Part shown: positions 43,917 to 45,089 of the stretch, in pieces
Numbering within the stretch: position 1 is the first letter of the stretch
Layout of the letters: every line of letters begins with the position of its first letter
DNA from: an uncultured Candidatus Peribacteria bacterium
GTDB taxonomy: Bacteria > Patescibacteriota > Gracilibacteria > UBA1369 > 2-02-FULL-48-14
Length of the DNA: 45,089 nucleotides
Direction: 5' to 3'
NCBI GenBank assembly: GCA_964359495.1
Contig: CAYHTG010000002.1
Location: 8,943 to 54,031 of the forward strand
The notes under the pieces: generated by a model
Told to the model about the DNA's origin: nothing
Databases searched by the model: none
What the model saw: the letters and a program-made list of their open reading frames with translations, nothing else
Position numbers and translations under genes: made by a program

Positions 43917-44610
43917 GCATACCTTTTTTGCTTCTCATTGAGAATGTCAGGTTGTCCCAAACCGAGTCAACCGCTTCATCAAGGCTAATAATCTTGTAAG
44001 TTGAGGGGTCAAATGCATTTTTAAAAATCAACAATTTGTCTGCAGGAAAATCCGAGTCGCCTCTCTTCCCTGTACCTTTGAAAAAGAAATACTCAAGAAT
44101 CGGCTTCAAATATTCTTTATGTTTTTTGAATGGTGATAGCTGAGAACTGTTCGTAATGTCTTCGGTAATTTTTCCTGATTTCCTTAAACTCCAATATTCT
44201 CGGATCATTTCATCAAGAGGAGCAATATCTATATTTAGCCTCTTGCAAACATTTATAAAGCCATCTCTTGAAGTATGGTTTATCATGGCTGCTTTTGCGG
44301 AGTTACCGAACTTTACACTATAATTAACACCGTTAATTCCTATGTCTGCTTTGAAGGATGTTTTGGCTTTTCCGAAAACTTTTTTTAATTTTACATAATC
44401 TCTATTGTCCAACCATTCGTCGTACTCTGTTAACCAAACGGGAATATTTATATCGGGCCCAAAATTGAGCTGAGTGATTTTTCTAAATTCTTCAGGTCCA
44501 TCCTTCATCTCAACGCCACCATGAACATATTGGAAGTGACATTTTGCTAAAAATGCTTTCAATACTACTTCGTTCTCTTCGCCTTTATTTGTCATAAGTT
44601 TGATTTCCAT
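43786..44610 (-). CDS. probable type II restriction endonuclease partner of dcm
   Basis: It is convergent with and adjacent to dcm. It carries a possible PD-(D/E)XK-like catalytic pattern in FKADIGINGVNYSVKFGNSA (D...S-x-K). The overall layout is loosely reminiscent of MspI-type enzymes, from memory only. I chose the ATG at 44610, since the track start at 44613 is a TTG. Confidence 0.5.
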   Translation of the reverse strand: MEIKLMTNKGEENEVVLKAFLAKCHFQYVHGGVEMKDGPEEFRKITQLNFGPDINIPVWLTEYDEWLDNRDYVKLKKVFGKAKTSFKADIGINGVNYSVKFGNSAKAAMINHTSRDGFINVCKRLNIDIAPLDEMIREYWSLRKSGKITEDITNSSQLSPFKKHKEYLKPILEYFFFKGTGKRGDSDFPADKLLIFKNAFDPSTYKIISLDEAVDSVWDNLTFSMRSKKGMPTKKVAGQLVDLYSSAKYPMLAPWVEYRSDEAKFPKGALHVRS

Positions 44611-44680
44611 CAAGATAGCATTTTTTTAAAAAACTATGCAAAGTTAATCGGAAAATCTTGATAAGTGCTACAATCTCCCC

Positions 44681-45089
44681 ATGTCCAAATACTACCATCC
44701 CCATCGCACGCGTAACCTCTACGACCCCAAATCGAAGGAGCCGTTTCGAATCAGCCGCTCCAAGATCGATCTCTTCATTAAGTGCCCGCGGTGCTTCTAC
44801 CTGGATCGCAGGCTCGGTGTGGGGCAGCCGCCGGGGTATCCGTTTTCGCTCAATTCGGCGGTGGATACGTTGCTGAAGAAAGAGTTTGATGGGCATAGGG
44901 CGAAAGGGACGGCGCATCCGCTGATGAAGGCGTATGGGCTGGATGCCGTGCCGCTGGTGGATGAGCGAATGGATGAGTGGAGGGATTCGCTGCGGAGAGG
45001 TGTTACCTATGCCTTCCCCGGGACGAATCTTGTGCTGACGGGAGGAGTGGATGATGTGTGGGTGAAGCCGGACGGAGAACTCCTGATTG
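44681..45089 (+). CDS. PD-(D/E)XK nuclease superfamily (RecB/Cas4-like) protein, 3' end runs off the window
   Basis: Hand translation gives MSKYYHPHRTRNLYDPKSKEPFRISRSKIDLFIKCPRCFYLDRRLGV...LTGGVDDVWVKPDGELLI. The FRISRSKI..F..CPRCFYL opening and G.VDDVW...DGEL are typical of this family. GC is higher than in the island to its left. It is not in the ORF track because it is open-ended. Confidence 0.6.
   Translation, partial: MSKYYHPHRTRNLYDPKSKEPFRISRSKIDLFIKCPRCFYLDRRLGVGQPPGYPFSLNSAVDTLLKKEFDGHRAKGTAHPLMKAYGLDAVPLVDERMDEWRDSLRRGVTYAFPGTNLVLTGGVDDVWVKPDGELLI

Larger units (their letters stand above)
41102..44680. mobile_element. AT-rich genomic island (restriction-modification plus unknown genes) between aspS and a PD-(D/E)XK nuclease gene; boundaries approximate
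   Basis: Composition shifts sharply by eye at both ends. The content is vsr/dcm/REase plus two unknown genes. I see no integrase and no flanking direct repeats. Confidence 0.5.

Noticed and set aside
44585-44917. 110-aa minus-strand ORF and 72-aa plus-strand ORF (44658-44876)
   Set aside because: The third plus frame, starting at 44681, encodes a convincing PD-(D/E)XK nuclease N-terminus that stays open to the window edge. These two are out-of-frame or antisense artefacts of a GC-rich gene.
1-45089. Alternative genetic code (UGA recoding, as in some candidate phyla)
   Set aside because: TGA terminates several conserved full-length genes and forms ATGA start/stop overlaps. Conserved proteins translate end to end with the standard code.
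1-45089. CRISPR arrays, rRNA genes, IS elements, integrases
   Set aside because: I saw no regularly spaced repeat arrays of 25-40 bp and no rRNA-like conserved stretches. No ORF has transposase (DDE) or tyrosine/serine recombinase motifs.

Overview
The window is a housekeeping-rich stretch of a bacterial chromosome that uses the standard genetic code. TGA, TAA and TAG all end long conserved ORFs, and several gene pairs overlap as ATGA or TAATG. Mid GC, compact gene spacing and several lineage-typical small proteins suggest an uncultivated, reduced-genome bacterium (CPR/Patescibacteria-like). That placement is inference only.

Core genes I recognise from their translations:
- ileS, valS, aspS, dnaE, pgk, purA
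- a purC-purE-purB-dcd cluster
- ribE-ribH, ssb, rplI, ruvX, secG
- a type I L-asparaginase, mpg, thpR/ligT, acyP
- a PEBP/YbhB protein, a HIT protein and tRNA-Leu(UAG)

Three parts stand out:
1. **Giant ORF (13118-19444, 2108 aa).** It is preceded by a plausible promoter and a translationally coupled ORF of about 80 aa. It combines a split class I/II aminotransferase fold, with the PLP-lysine signature retained, and an HPr-kinase/PEPCK-type P-loop (GGDSGTGKSE). I do not recognise this architecture. It is my best candidate for an undescribed system.
2. **AT-rich toxin island at the 3' end of mpg (about 22960-25972).** It carries a HEPN-like 388-aa protein, a PIN module and a HigBA module. The modules are separated by two diverged, decaying copies of the last 26-57 codons of mpg. 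This looks like serial cassette accretion at one integration hotspot, yet no integrase is visible.
3. **AT-rich island between aspS and a PD-(D/E)XK nuclease gene (41102-44680).** It holds vsr, dcm and a convergent restriction-endonuclease candidate whose 3' end overlaps dcm by 131 bp. Two co-oriented unknown genes (a soluble 234-aa protein and a 197-aa 3-TM protein) precede them and could be a defence pair.

Smaller observations:
- four CCTGAA hexamers at exact 11-bp phasing upstream of ribE
- a (GA)12 microsatellite upstream of acyP
- a truncated MazF-like remnant upstream of aspS
- an SSB without the canonical acidic tail

I found no rRNA, no CRISPR array and no transposase or integrase.
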